A stretch of DNA of 64,000 nucleotides from Kudoa neothunni (lineage: Eukaryota > Animalia > Cnidaria). Positions 1 through 14,449 of this stretch are shown in pieces. Location of the stretch: NCBI GenBank assembly GCA_964304625.1, contig OZ199840.1, positions 4,378,490 through 4,442,489 of the forward strand. The letters are read 5' to 3'. The notes beneath the pieces were generated by a model that was not told the DNA's origin, searched no databases, and saw nothing but the letters and a program-made list of their open reading frames with translations. The translations under genes were made by a program, and so were the position numbers. Every line of letters begins with the position of its first letter. Within the stretch, counting starts at the first letter, position 1.

Positions 1-917
1 TTTATTCAAAAATGACACACTGGATAATTCTCAGGTTTTCAATTATTTTGAATATAGAAAAAAAATTTAATTAAATTAAATAATTTTGCAGAAATAGAAT
101 AATGTTATTTTTTACAATGAAAATGATTATACGGGATAAATGTACAAATCGTATACTTCTTCTATAAGTACCATTCTTTATTTTATTATTTGACTTAGTT
201 ACACTCTAGAAACATTTATTTACAAAAGAATAGCTCCGTTTGTGTAAGTTACTGTTCGGTGATTACAGGCGGGCATAATTTCATGAGTTCTCTCTTACTT
301 GGAACTCGGATGCATAAAACTTTGTTCAAATAAGAAAATTCGTCTGTTTAATTATCCAAAATAAAATAAATAATAAAAAAGTGGGTCACCCGATTCTCAA
401 AACTGTTAATACGTCATGTACAAATAAATCTGACATCCTCGGGAGGTTGGACGCTAAGTCTGATTTTCATTTCATTCTTTAATGACACTAAAAGCCTAAA
501 GAAAATAAAAATTTTCTTAAGACATTAAAGGATTGAGGACAAAAAATATGATTTATATTTAACTCGACTATATGTTCAAAGGATTCTCCACATTAAAAAA
601 ATAAATTTAATATTTTGTTAATTTGATAACATATAACAGATGATCGCGCTCGAGTATAAACTAAGCATGAAACAATGATACGCAACTAGCGAAAATAAAG
701 TAAAGAGTTCCCGCTATTCATCAATAGTGGAACGAATTAAAAATAAGGCAGAATTGAGGAATCATACGAGAAATATCAAATAAATTTATAATACATAATA
801 AAGCTGTTCAATAGGTATACATAGAAAGAATGGTGAGTATACATGTGTACCTTTACAATCAAGAAAAATCGGATATCGTAAATTTTGGGTTAGAATGTGT
901 TCCACAACAAACACCAA

Positions 918-3900
918 TTAACTAAAGGTATGAATTAGAATGAGAAAACAAACAAAAAGGCCGTACGGTGCTGATTTTTTAGGTAACCCACTGGAAGTTG
1001 ACGAATAGCTGCTATGAGTAGTGGAGACAGTAGGGTTATGAGAAGAGATAGAGGTTAATGGTTGAACGTTTTTGAGTCCGATCTTTTTGTTGATAATACC
1101 ACCAGTGAGAGGCGATATGGAACCATCCCCTTCAAATCTAGATTTATCGGATATAGTATGGTAGGCGTTTGGAGTTTTGTTGATCACTGATCCACCAATC
1201 GAACTTCCAGCATTATTTGGATGAGTTAAATGGAGGACGGATTGATTGAAGTTTAATTTGAACCAAATGATCAGATCCTTGAACGAAGGATGAATAACAT
1301 CTCTAAACTTAACTCCCTCAGGTCCTATGGACAAATATTCAAAAACGGGTGTGTTTCTCGGCAGAAATCCCAATAACAATTTTCCGGGGTAGATTTTTGA
1401 AGGCGAAAACACATACGGAATACGCAGTGGATTGGTTTTTTTCTCTTCAGACAAAATGGAAGCCATCTTATGACGACTGCCACCTTCAGCGTAGTTGAAC
1501 ATCTTGAGGGTGGAAGCTTCTTTCATCAGAGTAGACATAGGTTCGATATGGCGTGCAATGATTTCATCCAAATCATCATAGCATTCGCCTTTGATCCAGA
1601 GTTTCTTGCCGAGACTGAAAAAGTTTGGTTTGTCTTTTTCGATAACATCAATGTGGCTGTATATGCTATCGTAAACTTTCCAAGTGACAGTAAGATGGTC
1701 GGCCCCTTTGCTAGAAGGACGAATAATACACTCACCGACGGGAGCAGATTCCAAAAGTTTCTCGGCTTCAGTGAAGGTGACATTTTTGAACGAAGGATGT
1801 ATGATGACCTTTTTATGGTAGATAACTTGTTTCTTGAGTTGTTCTTTTTTCTCTTTTTTCAATCGACGTTGTTCTTCCTCCGCTGTCAAGTCATAGTAAG
1901 CATCACGTTTAAATTTGTAACAGTTGTTGGGTTTATCACAGAGATCTGACGATCTGCAAGTGAGATCAACAGAAAGTCGATCAAATTTGATATTCAATAC
2001 CACACACGTAATGTGCATGGATTTTCGAATACGCTCTTTGATATTTTTAGGTGGATTGTCACTCACATGAGTCAAATTAATAACTCCTGTAATAGAACCG
2101 TAGAAGCCTTCTAAAAATCCACTAACGGCGACCGCATTACCAGGACACACATTTTCAATGTGATCCCAACACACTTTCAAATCAGTTGAAATGTGGTCAA
2201 AACAAAACGGACATTTCCACATCTGCGAATCCATATCTCGTTCAGGTACAGCCTTGGAGATTTCATCTTGGTCTGGTCTTCTGCAGATGAAACGAGTGAC
2301 AATAAATGAGACATATTTGCCGGGATATACCGGAATAAGGTCTTCATTATGGAAACGGGAAAGTTCGCTGGAAGGATGTTTGGAAGAGACAGTGGAGTAT
2401 TCTAGCGTTTCGCAGAGATCGATACGATTTCCGCCATTTGCGAGAATCCAGAACTTTTCCACCGTAGTCATCGAATTGAATTTTGGTCTGTAATCGGGGA
2501 ACTCTTTCAGCATTTCCGTGGTGATTAGTTCAAGGGAGTATTTTTTGTTGAGAGGTACACCTTGGCGCATAAGTTCATCGGCAAACACTTCCAAATCGAG
2601 TTCTTTCAGTTTGGAGGGATCATTTCGTAGAGTGGTAAGCATGTCGTTGAAATCGTACTTTTTGGTGGAATCAATGCTTTCAATGTTGTTGGGATCTTCG
2701 ATGTCGAGTGCGTCAATCATGATTTTTCTAGTCCAATCATAGAGCTCGGGGTGGATTCGTGTGGCATCCAATAGATCAACATCTCCCTCGTCGTCACCGA
2801 AACCTTCAATTTTCAGGAAACCGGCACAGTTTATGAAAATTTTCGGCCCGAGATTGCACATAGTAACCAACTGAGTTCGATTGTTGAGTCTACCGGATTC
2901 GCTGGATGCTCGGATATCGGTGAGAAGACGATGTGCTTTTCTAGCACCAAAACCACATACAAACTGCACCAAATTCGAGTACCACGACACACTACAAGCT
3001 TTATTCAAGTCGACTCCAATCTCGTTCACTATCGATACCAATTTCTCCTCGAAAACCGTCCTCAACTTATCAACATCAAGTACCTTCTGATAAGGTGGGA
3101 GTAGATCGTTGAGGAAAGTTAACGATTCGGAATCGCTTACAAAAAGATTGGCACATTCAACCAACGGATCCAACGCATAACGACCAATGGAAATGGCACG
3201 TTGATACTCGATCCGATTAGCACAACTTGGATCTTGTTTAATCAACACCTTCATCATACGGTCACTAATATAGGGATTGACAAGATGGACGTTGAGTGGT
3301 TTAGATAAATTGGAAGAACTTGACATAGCTCGAATTTTGGTTTGAAGGTTCTCGGCTAGGTAATTGTACTGACGATCGATTAACGGCACGAAAACGGCAC
3401 CGACATTATATTTGGATAGAAGTTTTTCAATTTTTCCAAAAGAAATCTCTGCAAATTTCAACCTATCCTCGTCTACATTATTTGAGCTTTTTTGTTTTTG
3501 AATGTTGGTGCCAAAGTTGGAATGAAGAATAGCATTGTTAATGGTCACATAATCTATGCATTCACCACAATCATCCAAAACAACTGCATAACCGATTTCT
3601 TCGTTAGTGACACCAATCACGTTTGTTGCTGAATAGGAGTTTGACTGCGACTGATCGAGGTCATTATTATCAAAATTGTCGTCATATGTTTGACTTGAAT
3701 TGTGGTTTGCAACTGACGATGGATGATTAATACGCCCATTGACAGCTTTCATGTGGAAGTATTTGGGTTGGCGTTTGCCGTTTATAGTGGAAGCGGCAGT
3801 AGCTTGAGTGAACGATGGTGAGGGGACTGAAACCACCATAATCAATGGCGAGTCTGAATCAAACTTGTTTCTGCCATTGTCGGTTTGTAAGGCTTTGAGT

Positions 3901-6900
3901 TCGGGCAAAAACGGTGAATATATTAGATGATTCTTAAAAATATCACCACATCGTTTAACAAGATCGTTCCGGGCTTCACGAAGCAGCTGTTGATAGATGT
4001 CTTTTTCGACAGCAGACAAACAATGATTGTTTACAGCATTTTCTATGGCTGTAGAGAGCAAATTACTCCATTCGTTAACATATCGAGATTGGGGTTCGCC
4101 ACTACTATTGGAAGGACACTTTTGAAAACTTTTAAGATAGTCAATTAGTTCCGCAACGATGTGTTCTGGCAAGCCAATACTGACATCTAGTAGTTTTTCG
4201 GTTTTGGCTTGATCCAATTTAAGCATCATCTCAGAAGTGATACCTTTGATCGGTTTGTTGGCGATATATTTGAATGAACAGTAAGGATGAGATTCGTCAA
4301 TTTGTTGAAGGCCGATTTTTGTGGGCGCTACATTGAGTCGAGCATGTTTCAAAAAAAGCTCATGAATGTATCGCAGGATGTGTTGTTCGTGACTCAACTC
4401 CAAAGTGTACATGTCAACAGCGGCTTCGATCACCTTTTCGGCATTGTCGAACACACTGGATACATATTTTTCTGCCACACACATCGGCGACTCCATCGAA
4501 CAATGTGGGTTGTGTCTTTGATATTCCATTTGTAGGTTTTCATCAAATTTTGCCGAGCTCAATCCAAAACAACGAACCACGTTATCAATCTCCTTACTCA
4601 CATAGAAAAAATGTCGATTGAAAGAACGAGGTTCCTTTTGAGGCGCGGCAACAGTTTTAGCTGCTTCGGAATCATTTCCCAACCCTTTATTCATATTTGC
4701 TTCATAGTTAAGAAAGTCATTTTTGTGAGTTCCATTATAAAATTGGATCTTTTTGTAAAAGTGAAAGAATTCAATTTCGTTGTTGATACTCCCTAAATAA
4801 CTGAAATCTTTGTCCGATATACGATAACTGAAATTAATATTGCTGGCTTGAGACGAAGACTGGAAAGTCTGAAAACGCTTCAAATAGTCATAAAATTGAG
4901 TGATTTTATTGGAAAAACTGCACCACTTATTGTCAGCATTGTAAATGGTCCATAGTTCATCTTCAGTTAGCATCCCCTCAATATTTTCATGTCGATAAGT
5001 GTGAATGAAAGGCACTTCACACAGCTCATTTCTTATGAGGTCTAACGTGGTCTTGATACAGAGGGTGTGGTCGAAGGGAGACATCTTTTTAATTCTTTCT
5101 GACGACGAACCTGTTTCGCGCTTATCGTTGGTAAGTAATAAGGCGGACGTTTCAACGAAATTGTCGTATATCCATTTGGCTTCTCTCTCCAACTCATCGT
5201 CATCGGCCGGTCTAACAGCATTAGAACGAAGTTGAAACCTCTCTGGTTCATCTTTATTGCGAACAGTGTCATCAAAGCTTGTGAGAAACTGTCGCTTAAG
5301 TTCTTGGGGTTCGAACAACTATATATAGCATAAGTATAGATGATTTTGAATTTATTAGAATATATGCGAGTGAACTAACTGACAAGCTACACAGCAGTTG
5401 GGGTCATTCACTTTGACAGCTTAATAACAAGTCACACGTATCAACAAATGAGTGCATGTCAATTTACTAATTGATAGTTTAATCATTGCGCTCAAGCAAT
5501 TACGACCATTAAACAATTAATGACAATCAACTCAATCGAGTACAATGAAATTGGTAAAATGCATGAGTAATTACAAATGATACCAATTTAGTTTGTCACG
5601 TGGAAATTAATTAGGTCTAATTAAATTTAGGCGGTTCTTTTTGTTAAAAAAACTAATTAATTAATTATGATTGTCACAAGTCACTGAAAGCAATAAGAGC
5701 CAATTAAAATTGCGTCATTCTTTTTTTTCAATAAAACAAACAAAGTGCGCCTATTCAAACACGAGAATGTACGAAACTTCTTTTCTAACACATATACTAT
5801 TTGAATTAGTAGCACACATGTGTAATAAGTTTAAAAGTTAAATATTTACAAAATGTAACAAATCAAAAATCTTAGAACGCACTCAGTCAAACACACAAAT
5901 ATGACAATGGCAGATTAGTTGTTATCAGCATTATCAATTTCAATGAGAATGAGAACGACCCCATATAAAATTAAGCGGTGCATCAAAGCAATTAGCAGAT
6001 TTAGTTAAAACGGCGGTCATTAATACCTCATATATTGATTTTTTAACAACATGTCGATGATCGAATGTGGTAGTAGATTGTGAATAGTCATTTCGATCAC
6101 CCTGAAGGCTTTCGTCATCACCGAACAATCTTTCACTGTCATCCGAAACATATTCTTCGTCGTTAGGGCGTGCGTAAGATCCGGTAGCAAAATCCTCTCC
6201 AAACACATCCAACGCCAACCGATAACGCCTACTAAAATACACATTGTGTAAACGAGAGAACTACTCGAAAACAAGTAGTCAAAAATACTCTTGATTCAGT
6301 TGGGATCTATCCAACTCAGATTCATAATGGTTATTCCTATTGGTGGTTAACGAGGAAGATAATACGCGTCGACTATCTCCAGTTTTTCTGCCGCTGGTTA
6401 TCATGGTTTCGTCATGTTCAATGAAATCGTCCATATCATCTGGTAGTTAATCGTAAAATTGAACCGATGAATAAACCTATCAACATCATACCAGAATCAC
6501 TAAAATCCATCCTATTCAAAATATTTCTCGTGTAACGATCAACGGAGGTGCGGTCTTCTTTCGTGACATCAACCTTATCACAGATTGTTATCTATCCAAA
6601 AGAACACTTAAATTATACAGTGTTGGATTGGTCTTTCTGTTTAATTTTATCCTTGAAAGGAGAATCCGATACAACTATCGGTTGATTGTCATCGGAATCA
6701 GAACTACCACCAGAGTCGAAAAGAACACTTTCCAAGAATTCTTTCTGGTGAGATTTCGCCGGAGATAATTTGGATTTTTTGTAATGATGGCGATGAGTTT
6801 TGTTCAATGTGTTAGTCCGCTCAGTATCATCCTCATCTTCTAGAAATTGAACTCTCTTTTTTCTTTTCTACAACCCAATCCAATTTAGAAAAAACTATCG

Positions 6901-7150
6901 TAAACAGTTGGAAAAGTTGCAACAAAGACTAACCGTGATTATCGAACGATTTCCACTCGCAATACTACTGTTTTCTAAACCAAAACTCGATGTTACTAAT
7001 GTTACGAGTGTTCATACGCGTCAAATAATATTAACAACTTCCAACAACAAGAATTATTTAGTTTTCAATCAGTATCGAGTATTTTTAGTTTATAGAGCGC
7101 TGAAGAAACTTACGAGAACGTTCATTTAACTCATCATCATCTGATGACAT
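918..7150 (-). CDS. SPT6: Transcription elongation factor / histone chaperone Spt6 (multi-exon)
   Basis: 1466-aa ORF with Spt6 hallmarks: EVPFIHTYR, AISIGRYALDPL, LGPKIFINCAGFLKI, LDATRIHPELY, and tandem SH2 (IIRPSSKGADHLTVTWKV). Upstream acidic exons splice in from ATG 7150 (MSSDDDEL...KKSIYE|LFEPQELK) through an intron at about 5322-6025. Confidence 0.97.
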
Positions 7151-7184
7151 CTCTATAATCAATCGGTTTCTGTCGATAACAACT

Positions 7185-7194
7185 CGCGCATGAG
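7185..7194. promoter_or_regulatory. GCGCATG-type (NRF1/EWG-like) motif upstream of SPT6
   Basis: CGCGCATGAG about 35 nt upstream of the inferred ATG. The same motif class lies beside several other gene starts. Confidence 0.45.
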
Positions 7195-7759
7195 GAGATG
7201 CTGAAACTTTGTTTTGCTGTTCGTTTCGAATTCATGCACTCATAACTGCGAATTTAGTTTGTTTCATGCTGAATTTTGTTCCAACTATTATGTTTCTGTG
7301 TTGGAATTCGTTTATGATAATTTAGATTTGAAACTAACACACATAACAGTTAATATTAATGGGGTCATTGAAACGGATTTTCACACATTTTATTTTAATG
7401 TGTTTATTTTATTTTTAAATAATTCAATTTTCTGGTATTGAACTTATTCATATTCTGAACAATTTTAGCATTGATACGAATGTTAATCATTCTTCTCAGA
7501 AATGTTTTTAATATGATTCTAGAGTGAATTGTAGTTTATATTCGATGTTTGATTTAGGTATAGATAAGCAGATTAAGTCTCGCCTTAATTCTTACTTATT
7601 TTGTTTTCTTATATGCAACGGGGAGTCGACGATTCGCATGTTATGTTTTGTGTTCTAAATGATAGAAATAGTCACAAATATAGTGTTATATGTTTATCTT
7701 TTTAATTAAATATGAAATTAGAAATTTTATCATTCCATTTAAATGGGAGTTTATATTAA

Positions 7760-9450
7760 CCTTCAAAATCATTGGAAAATTCGCACCCTCCGAGAAAAAT
7801 GGTGAAATTGGGGTATTTTTACATCCCACATTTTTTTAGATCAACCGATTTAGAATGCAGAAATAATTATTTTTGTAAATTTGGAAGAATTTCTATTGGT
7901 TAAATTCGAAATTATAGACCAATATTTCTAGCTAAGCTTGCGTAAACGCGCTTGCGCACAAATCAATATTTACTACCTGGTGTAGAATGATTATTGACAA
8001 TACGTTTACAAGACACTAAATTATTTTCTAATTTAGGAAAGCTTTCAAACAGCATCAGAATTATTTTGTTAAATATTCGAACAAAAGAATAGCAATAATA
8101 ATAAGACAAAATTGACATATAGTTATATAGTTATCGGTTAAAACAATTAAAACAAACATGATTGGAATGGAATTTGCAGCAAGATGAAGCACAAATATCG
8201 CATTTTATTTCGGTTTTTCTATCATACTTCCTATCGCAAAATCGACATCTCCCATAACTACTTTGTCCAATTAGATATAACAGATATAACAGATAGCAGA
8301 GGAGTCTTCACTAGTTGTCATATTTTGTTTGCGCCTCAAAAGCAGTCGATGTGTCAATCGGATTGCCATCATTTTCAAAAATTCCCTCCTAAGTAATTTT
8401 GAAGGAGGGAATAAATTTTTGTATGTACAAAACGCATTAATCAGACTGATATCAACCATGTTAAAGAAAACAATTAACGGCCAACGACAAGTTATTCGTC
8501 TCACATTTATTACTGCCAGTATTCTGGAAATAGTATCAACTCCGCCATCTGGTATGCATTATAATGCATTACTACTACATCGGGTTTAAATGGCTTTTCA
8601 GTTGATATTTGGGTGTTTGTCGAGGAGGAACAAGGCATACATCTTAGCATCATTTTGAGATCGCTTTACCGAATAGACAATTGCATTGCAAACAAAAGTC
8701 AACTTTTGTTTGCAATTATTAATAAACTTTAGGCCATATTTTGAAAGCATTTTTGGCATGTATTGTTTGAATTCACAACGACCTCTAAAAGCCACAAATT
8801 TCTTGTCGATGCAGAGATCCTCAAAGGGTCGAAAACTCTGGATAAGCGAGTCAACCCAGATATTCCAGAGCTCACGAATGTGGCAAAATTTATCTGATGT
8901 ATTTCTTGTCTCTCGTGTTTCCAAATCGTCGAAATGAAGAGCTCTCTTGATCTGTCGGAACTTACTTAAAGAAAATAGGTCACGATAAACTTGCCTTCTC
9001 TCTTCTAACCCAAACAATTTTTTGACATATTAACTTGTTTGTTTTAAAATTAAATCATATTTTCAATTGTCCTTAAGATTCCATTCATATCTGTTAAAGA
9101 GTTAGATGAAACATTGGTTTCAACCTCCGAATTATCTGATGACGTATCACGCATATTGAAATAATCAGTGTCTCAAGAATTAGTATCAGAACAACTGCCG
9201 ATATATTCACTCGAGCTCATGTTCATTTCATAGCGATCTGCTGGCGCATGCGCATTGCAATACGTCTAGTAATATTTGTTGATTTAAACAATAATTCGGC
9301 GACGAAAATGTATCAAATTTGACATAAATATTATTTTTTACTCGGAGGGTATTTTTGAGTTATATTTCATTTTACAAAATAAAATAATTTTAAAAGTAGA
9401 TTTGAGATTAAAAATTAAAGATGATTAAATACCCCATTTTAATTGGAAGG
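7760..9450 (-). mobile_element. Degenerate piggyBac element
   Basis: TTAA at 7756-7759 and 9451-9454; ends CCTTC(A/C)AA; shared subterminal ACCCTCCGAG and TGGGGTATTT; internal transposase remnant. Confidence 0.9.
8150..9230 (-). pseudogene. piggyBac (PGBD4-like) transposase, internally deleted and frameshifted
   Basis: Motifs LHFDD, LCIDKKFVAFRGRCEFKQYMPKMLSKYGLK and RRITCRWPLIVFFNMVDISLINAF, plus a C-terminal Cys-rich remnant, spread over several frames. Confidence 0.88.
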
Positions 9451-10578
9451 TTAAGCTGTCTGAATAACAATCATCAGATGTAAAAGTAATCTAAATATTT
9501 ATAAGGAAATAGATTTTTTGACTTGGTATAACTAAAGAGTAGTATAGAGACTATCATACATCATACGAGAATCACATAATTATTTCAAAAAAGGACAAAA
9601 TTATTCCTTTTTTTTCAGATAGAACATTATTTTACTATTGATAACAAGGACAAGAAAATTAATTCTTATTCGTTATTCAACCAAAAATATTTTGTAGTTG
9701 TTATTAAATACTGAAGCGTGAGCGAGAACAACTGTTTTCATGCAACAATAATTACAATTAACCAAATATTTTGTTCTATAGTCTATTTCGATTTAAAATA
9801 AGATTCACTAAAATTATAACGCCGACAGATCGGATAATCACTTTTATGTCAATGGTGCGCGCGCGATAAGAGATTAATGCGAGTGATTGAAGAAAAACTC
9901 TATACATTTAAATATTATATTTTAAATACTTATATTTTTAATGTTATAAAAAACAATTCCGATCGAATAAATATAATTTTCGTATCAGTTATCTATTGAA
10001 ATGATTTAATCAATTACAACTGTACCACCCATTTGTATTCGGTCTCATTATTTGTGAATATTTTTGCTTTGTAGATAAAACTAAACAAATTAAGCTGATA
10101 TCATTTTATTTTTTAATTGATGTATATTTATGTATTATTTCGACACAAAAACCTCACAACAGTCATAACTCAATTATTTGGTTCATTAAATTCCATTTAA
10201 ATTTTTGTTTAGTGTTGATATGGTGAATCTACTTAATAATTATTTTTATATTTGATTATTACTAAAATCTGATCTAGCCAATTATCAAATTTATAACTGA
10301 TAATTGATTTTAAACTATAATGAAGTGTTTTCTTCCCATTATAAGTATTCTATAGTTATCAAAAGTTCAAGCATATTCACTCTCACAATTAGTAGTATAA
10401 GCACCAAGACAACCTCTACATGAGAACAATACCCATTATTCAACCGTAACAAACACACAATGGCATAGTTGGTCAACAAGAATTAACCTACTAAAGGTGT
10501 TCCACACAGCTCTCCTCACCAATTAGTAAACAACTAAATAGTCATTATCAACCGATCCAATCTTAATCATATCTAACG

Positions 10579-11310
10579 ATGCAATGCAGAGTATCCTATT
10601 ATGAATATGGGCAGAAAGTAGCAACATACAAACAATCCACTATGCCCTATATTATGGTGGATGGATATACAGGTGAAGGAGCAGAGGGAAAATTTTCACT
10701 TGGATCCCAGAATAATCCACGAAGAACGTTTTATGTGTGTAAAAATCATTGATTCAATCCCTTCATTTGGTTAAACTTCTGTGTAATGAACAATTCACCT
10801 TAGGCACAACATATTATGAGACAAATCGGCGGAGGGGTTCGAATATTCACATACGATCAAGGAATTTACATCCAAAACTATTCCGATAATAATATTTATT
10901 TATTGTGTGCATTTTACAACGAATCCAAAAGTCTTCACAACAAAAACATTATACGATTACAACCAACCGAAGTTTGGAAGGTAACTAAAATCCATTATAT
11001 ATTGTGAAATTAAGTATAAATCTTAAATTTTGATTTATAATTATTGAATTTTTAGTTGTTTGATTACGAAGAATTCGAATCAACAGCTAACAAAGCTAAG
11101 GAAATTAGCTACGAAGAAGTTTACAATCTTATCAATCAATGTACAAGCTACGTTAGTTTTGTTAAGGGTTTTGGTGAAAACTACATAAGACAACACATAA
11201 ATCAATGTCCATGTTGGATAGAGTTCACTCTGGAGAAACCTCTGGAGATGCTTGATAAAATCTTGCAACAATTAGGAAGTTCTGCTAATCGGTGCACTTC
11301 TACCACATAA
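10579..11310 (+). CDS. SMAD: Smad-family protein, MH2 domain (3 exons; no intact MH1 found)
   Basis: CRVSYYEYGQKV...VDGYTG...FSLG, RQIGGGVR, SFVKGFGENYIRQHINQCPCWIE, LDKILQQLGS, ending RCTSTT*. Introns at about 10735-10803 and 10981-11055. Start codon uncertain. Confidence 0.9.
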
Positions 11311-11820
11311 AATTTCTATTGGAATCACATATTTTCCATATTTGTAGTTTGTTTTGATGAATTAATCTGTTTAAAAATGGATTTTACATGCCACCCAAGC
11401 CAAATGTACGCTTACGATTCAAGCGCATGCTCGCAGTATAACTTTCAGTTTATTACACTAAGCTAAATATTGTTCCAAGCATAGTTTTAAATCTGCATTT
11501 AAGAAATTGGTGTTGGATAAATACGTCTATGAAATTAAACTGTCTTATTTCTTAGGAGGATTCGGTTAGATGATAATGAAATCAAATTTAATCATATATT
11601 CAAGTCCCAAATAATCCAATTATAATTATAATATAATCTCTCTTATCATGTGGTTCATCAAAATTTCTCGATTTACATATGTATTTTTTAAATGGAAAAT
11701 AAATATAGAGTAGGATAATTTGGCCCAAAAACGACCATTAAAATTTACACTATCATCATTTGAGCAGGATCGGTGGACACGTGTCATCCTAATTATGTTA
11801 GAGTTCACAACAAAAAACTC

Positions 11821-11844
11821 ATATATATATATATATATATATAT
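11821..11844. repeat. (AT)12 microsatellite
   Basis: Direct reading. Confidence 0.95.
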
Positions 11845-14449
11845 GTAAATCCGTGACAATAATAGTTTTATACTGCTAAAAATAACATTTTTAAACTTAT
11901 TTAAATATACATTAAAATAAGGTTGTATGTGGGATTAAAGCTCATTTGTATTATTCAAGAAAAGTTTAATATTTCTGGTTATAATAATTTTTATTAATTT
12001 AAATATTCATAAAACCATTTTTAATCATTAGTTATAGTTTTTAAATTTTTTTTAGATATTTAAATAATAGGAAAATAAAGTTATGCACTATTTTTTACCA
12101 AAATTTCCAGGTTAAAATTTTATTGCAATAGTAATAGGTGTCCTTTGTTCTAAAACTATTTTTAGTACTGTATAAAAATTTATGACGTAGTGAATTTAAT
12201 ATATGTCTCGTTAATATATACATTATTTTGTGTTATAGAGTACCTCCTATAAAACGTCAACTTCCTTAAATCTCTTACAAAAAGGTTAATCTTAGTGCCT
12301 ACAATAGTGCTTGTACTAACAAAATCACGCTTAGACAATGCGCCTCGGTATTATGTTTATTATACAAAAATAATATAATTGTTTATTTATTACGCTATTA
12401 ACTCATTATTATGAGTATATTTCAATAATTATTGTATTGATCAGTTAATCATTGCAGTGAAAATTAGGTTAACTTAATTAATAATGTTTTATGTGTATCA
12501 AGCATTTTATAAGCTCTTTCATCAAATTAATGACATGACTTGAAATATTCTAAAAATAACCTACTATATATAAAGCTCTTATAACTGCCAGTGTGTGTCC
12601 ACAAGTGCGCATGTACCACGGAGAAATTTTTTTTAAATACAACTTGTTGTTTGCATTTGAATAGATGATACCATTAATAAAAATCGTTTATTTACTTAGA
12701 AGTATAAATGTAATCAATATCGCAGCCAGAAATAAGGAATTTTCTGATTGTCTACATCAACTGACAGATTAAAAAGTACCTGAATAATATTGGTGTTTGT
12801 TTACTTCAGAGTGATAATCAATTAGAATGAACTTTTACTCACTACATACAAAGATAATCTGCTAATTATTTTATAGAATGTTTTTAAAATGTTATATATA
12901 CTGTTTGGAGTAATTTTAAGACAAATATAACTATTAACGTCATATTTACAAGAGTTGTTGCATTTCCCTAAAAATTTTAACCGTAACCAAATTATTTAGG
13001 ATGTATTTTCACTTTTCAGGCGCTATTGATTTAGTTAAGCTAAAAGGTTATGGTCATTTTGAATAAAACACATAATTTGAGATTATAAGTTGTTGCCATG
13101 TTGGAATAATTTTGGTCTCTATATGCATTCTAAAAGCGATGTAAGATGTGTGTAAAGTTTTCAAGTGATTAAATTTTTGTGATAACTTCTTAAATGAAAA
13201 TTTCTTGTTATCAAATATATCGATTGAAATTGAAAACTATATTCGTCTTTTCGATAAGTTTTTATGTTTGATGAGATAATTTTATAAATAATGTTTAAAT
13301 TCTTAGTAACCTAATCATTCCATACCTCCAGCCAGACCTTAAGGTTAATATTCAAATCAATCTATGATTCTTTTCTTTTCGCTAAAACTAATTCATTATG
13401 ATATAAGAGCTGCATGAAAATATGCGACACCTTATTCTATACGTAGTTTAAGAATTTATATTCACGATTACTTTTGCACAAAATACAGTCCCCTCTCAAT
13501 ACGTTTATTTTTAAAGAGTGCATTCCTTCGAGAAAACCAATTGATATAAAAGCATTACTGTAATTTTTCAAATCAAAAACACCTTTACATTTTAGATTTA
13601 ACCGTATTTTGATAATTCAATTTGTATATTTTTGAACCAGCGAGTATTTTTGTTGAAGAGAAAGATTTCATTTATTTATAATTTGGTAAATTATGTTAAA
13701 ACAGTGAATACGTAAGTTACCACTCACAGATTATTAAAACCTCATTATTATCCTATATAAAATTGCAAACAAAGGAGTAACAATTAATATTTTTTATTTC
13801 TGGCGCATCTTAAGTTGATTTTATTTTTTTTATAAATAGTAGACTAATTATAAATTTTATAACTAGAAGGATTAATTTTTATCGCAAAATCTTGAAATGA
13901 ACTTTAATCGTTAATTAAATTGCTCATAAATAAAAATGGAGAAATAAAATTCGGTAAATGGTTATAAATCACGCTATTCAAAACAGGTACAGGTTGGTAG
14001 TAAATTAAAAGTAATTTTTTATTGATTCCTAAAAATTTAATTCTATAATAATAATAATAATTTATCATCCTGGAGGATACTGAATTGAGCGATAAATCAT
14101 AAATTATAGAGGAGATATAAGTAAAAACATATCTGCGCATGTATGAATAGAATAAAATATTTAAAAATATACGACAAATAAAATTTTACGATATGTTTAT
14201 CATGATTATTCTTTTTTTAAATTTTCTATTCATTTTCTTAGAAACGTTTAATGCAACACGTCACCTAAACTGGCTCACATAGAATTAATATTATAATTTA
14301 GAAAATTGTATGAAAATTAATTTTATTGAGCCCAGTAATCAATGAGTTGCATGATAATAGTTTCAGAATAAACGAAAATATAAAATTCGACACATTATGC
14401 GCACGCACAAAGGAACACACCCTACTAAATTTTCGTCATATTGACACTA

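Noticed and set aside
1470-5275. Antisense and alternative-frame ORFs over SPT6, and similar short ORFs over other genes
   Set aside because: Shadow ORFs of coding sequence with no independent motifs.
10381-10566. TAA/TAG-to-Gln codon reassignment, suggested by in-frame stops among Gln codons upstream of the Smad MH2
   Set aside because: Smad and HSDL2 end at TAA and both surface genes end at TAG at the expected positions, and the 4.35-kb SPT6 exon has no internal TAR.
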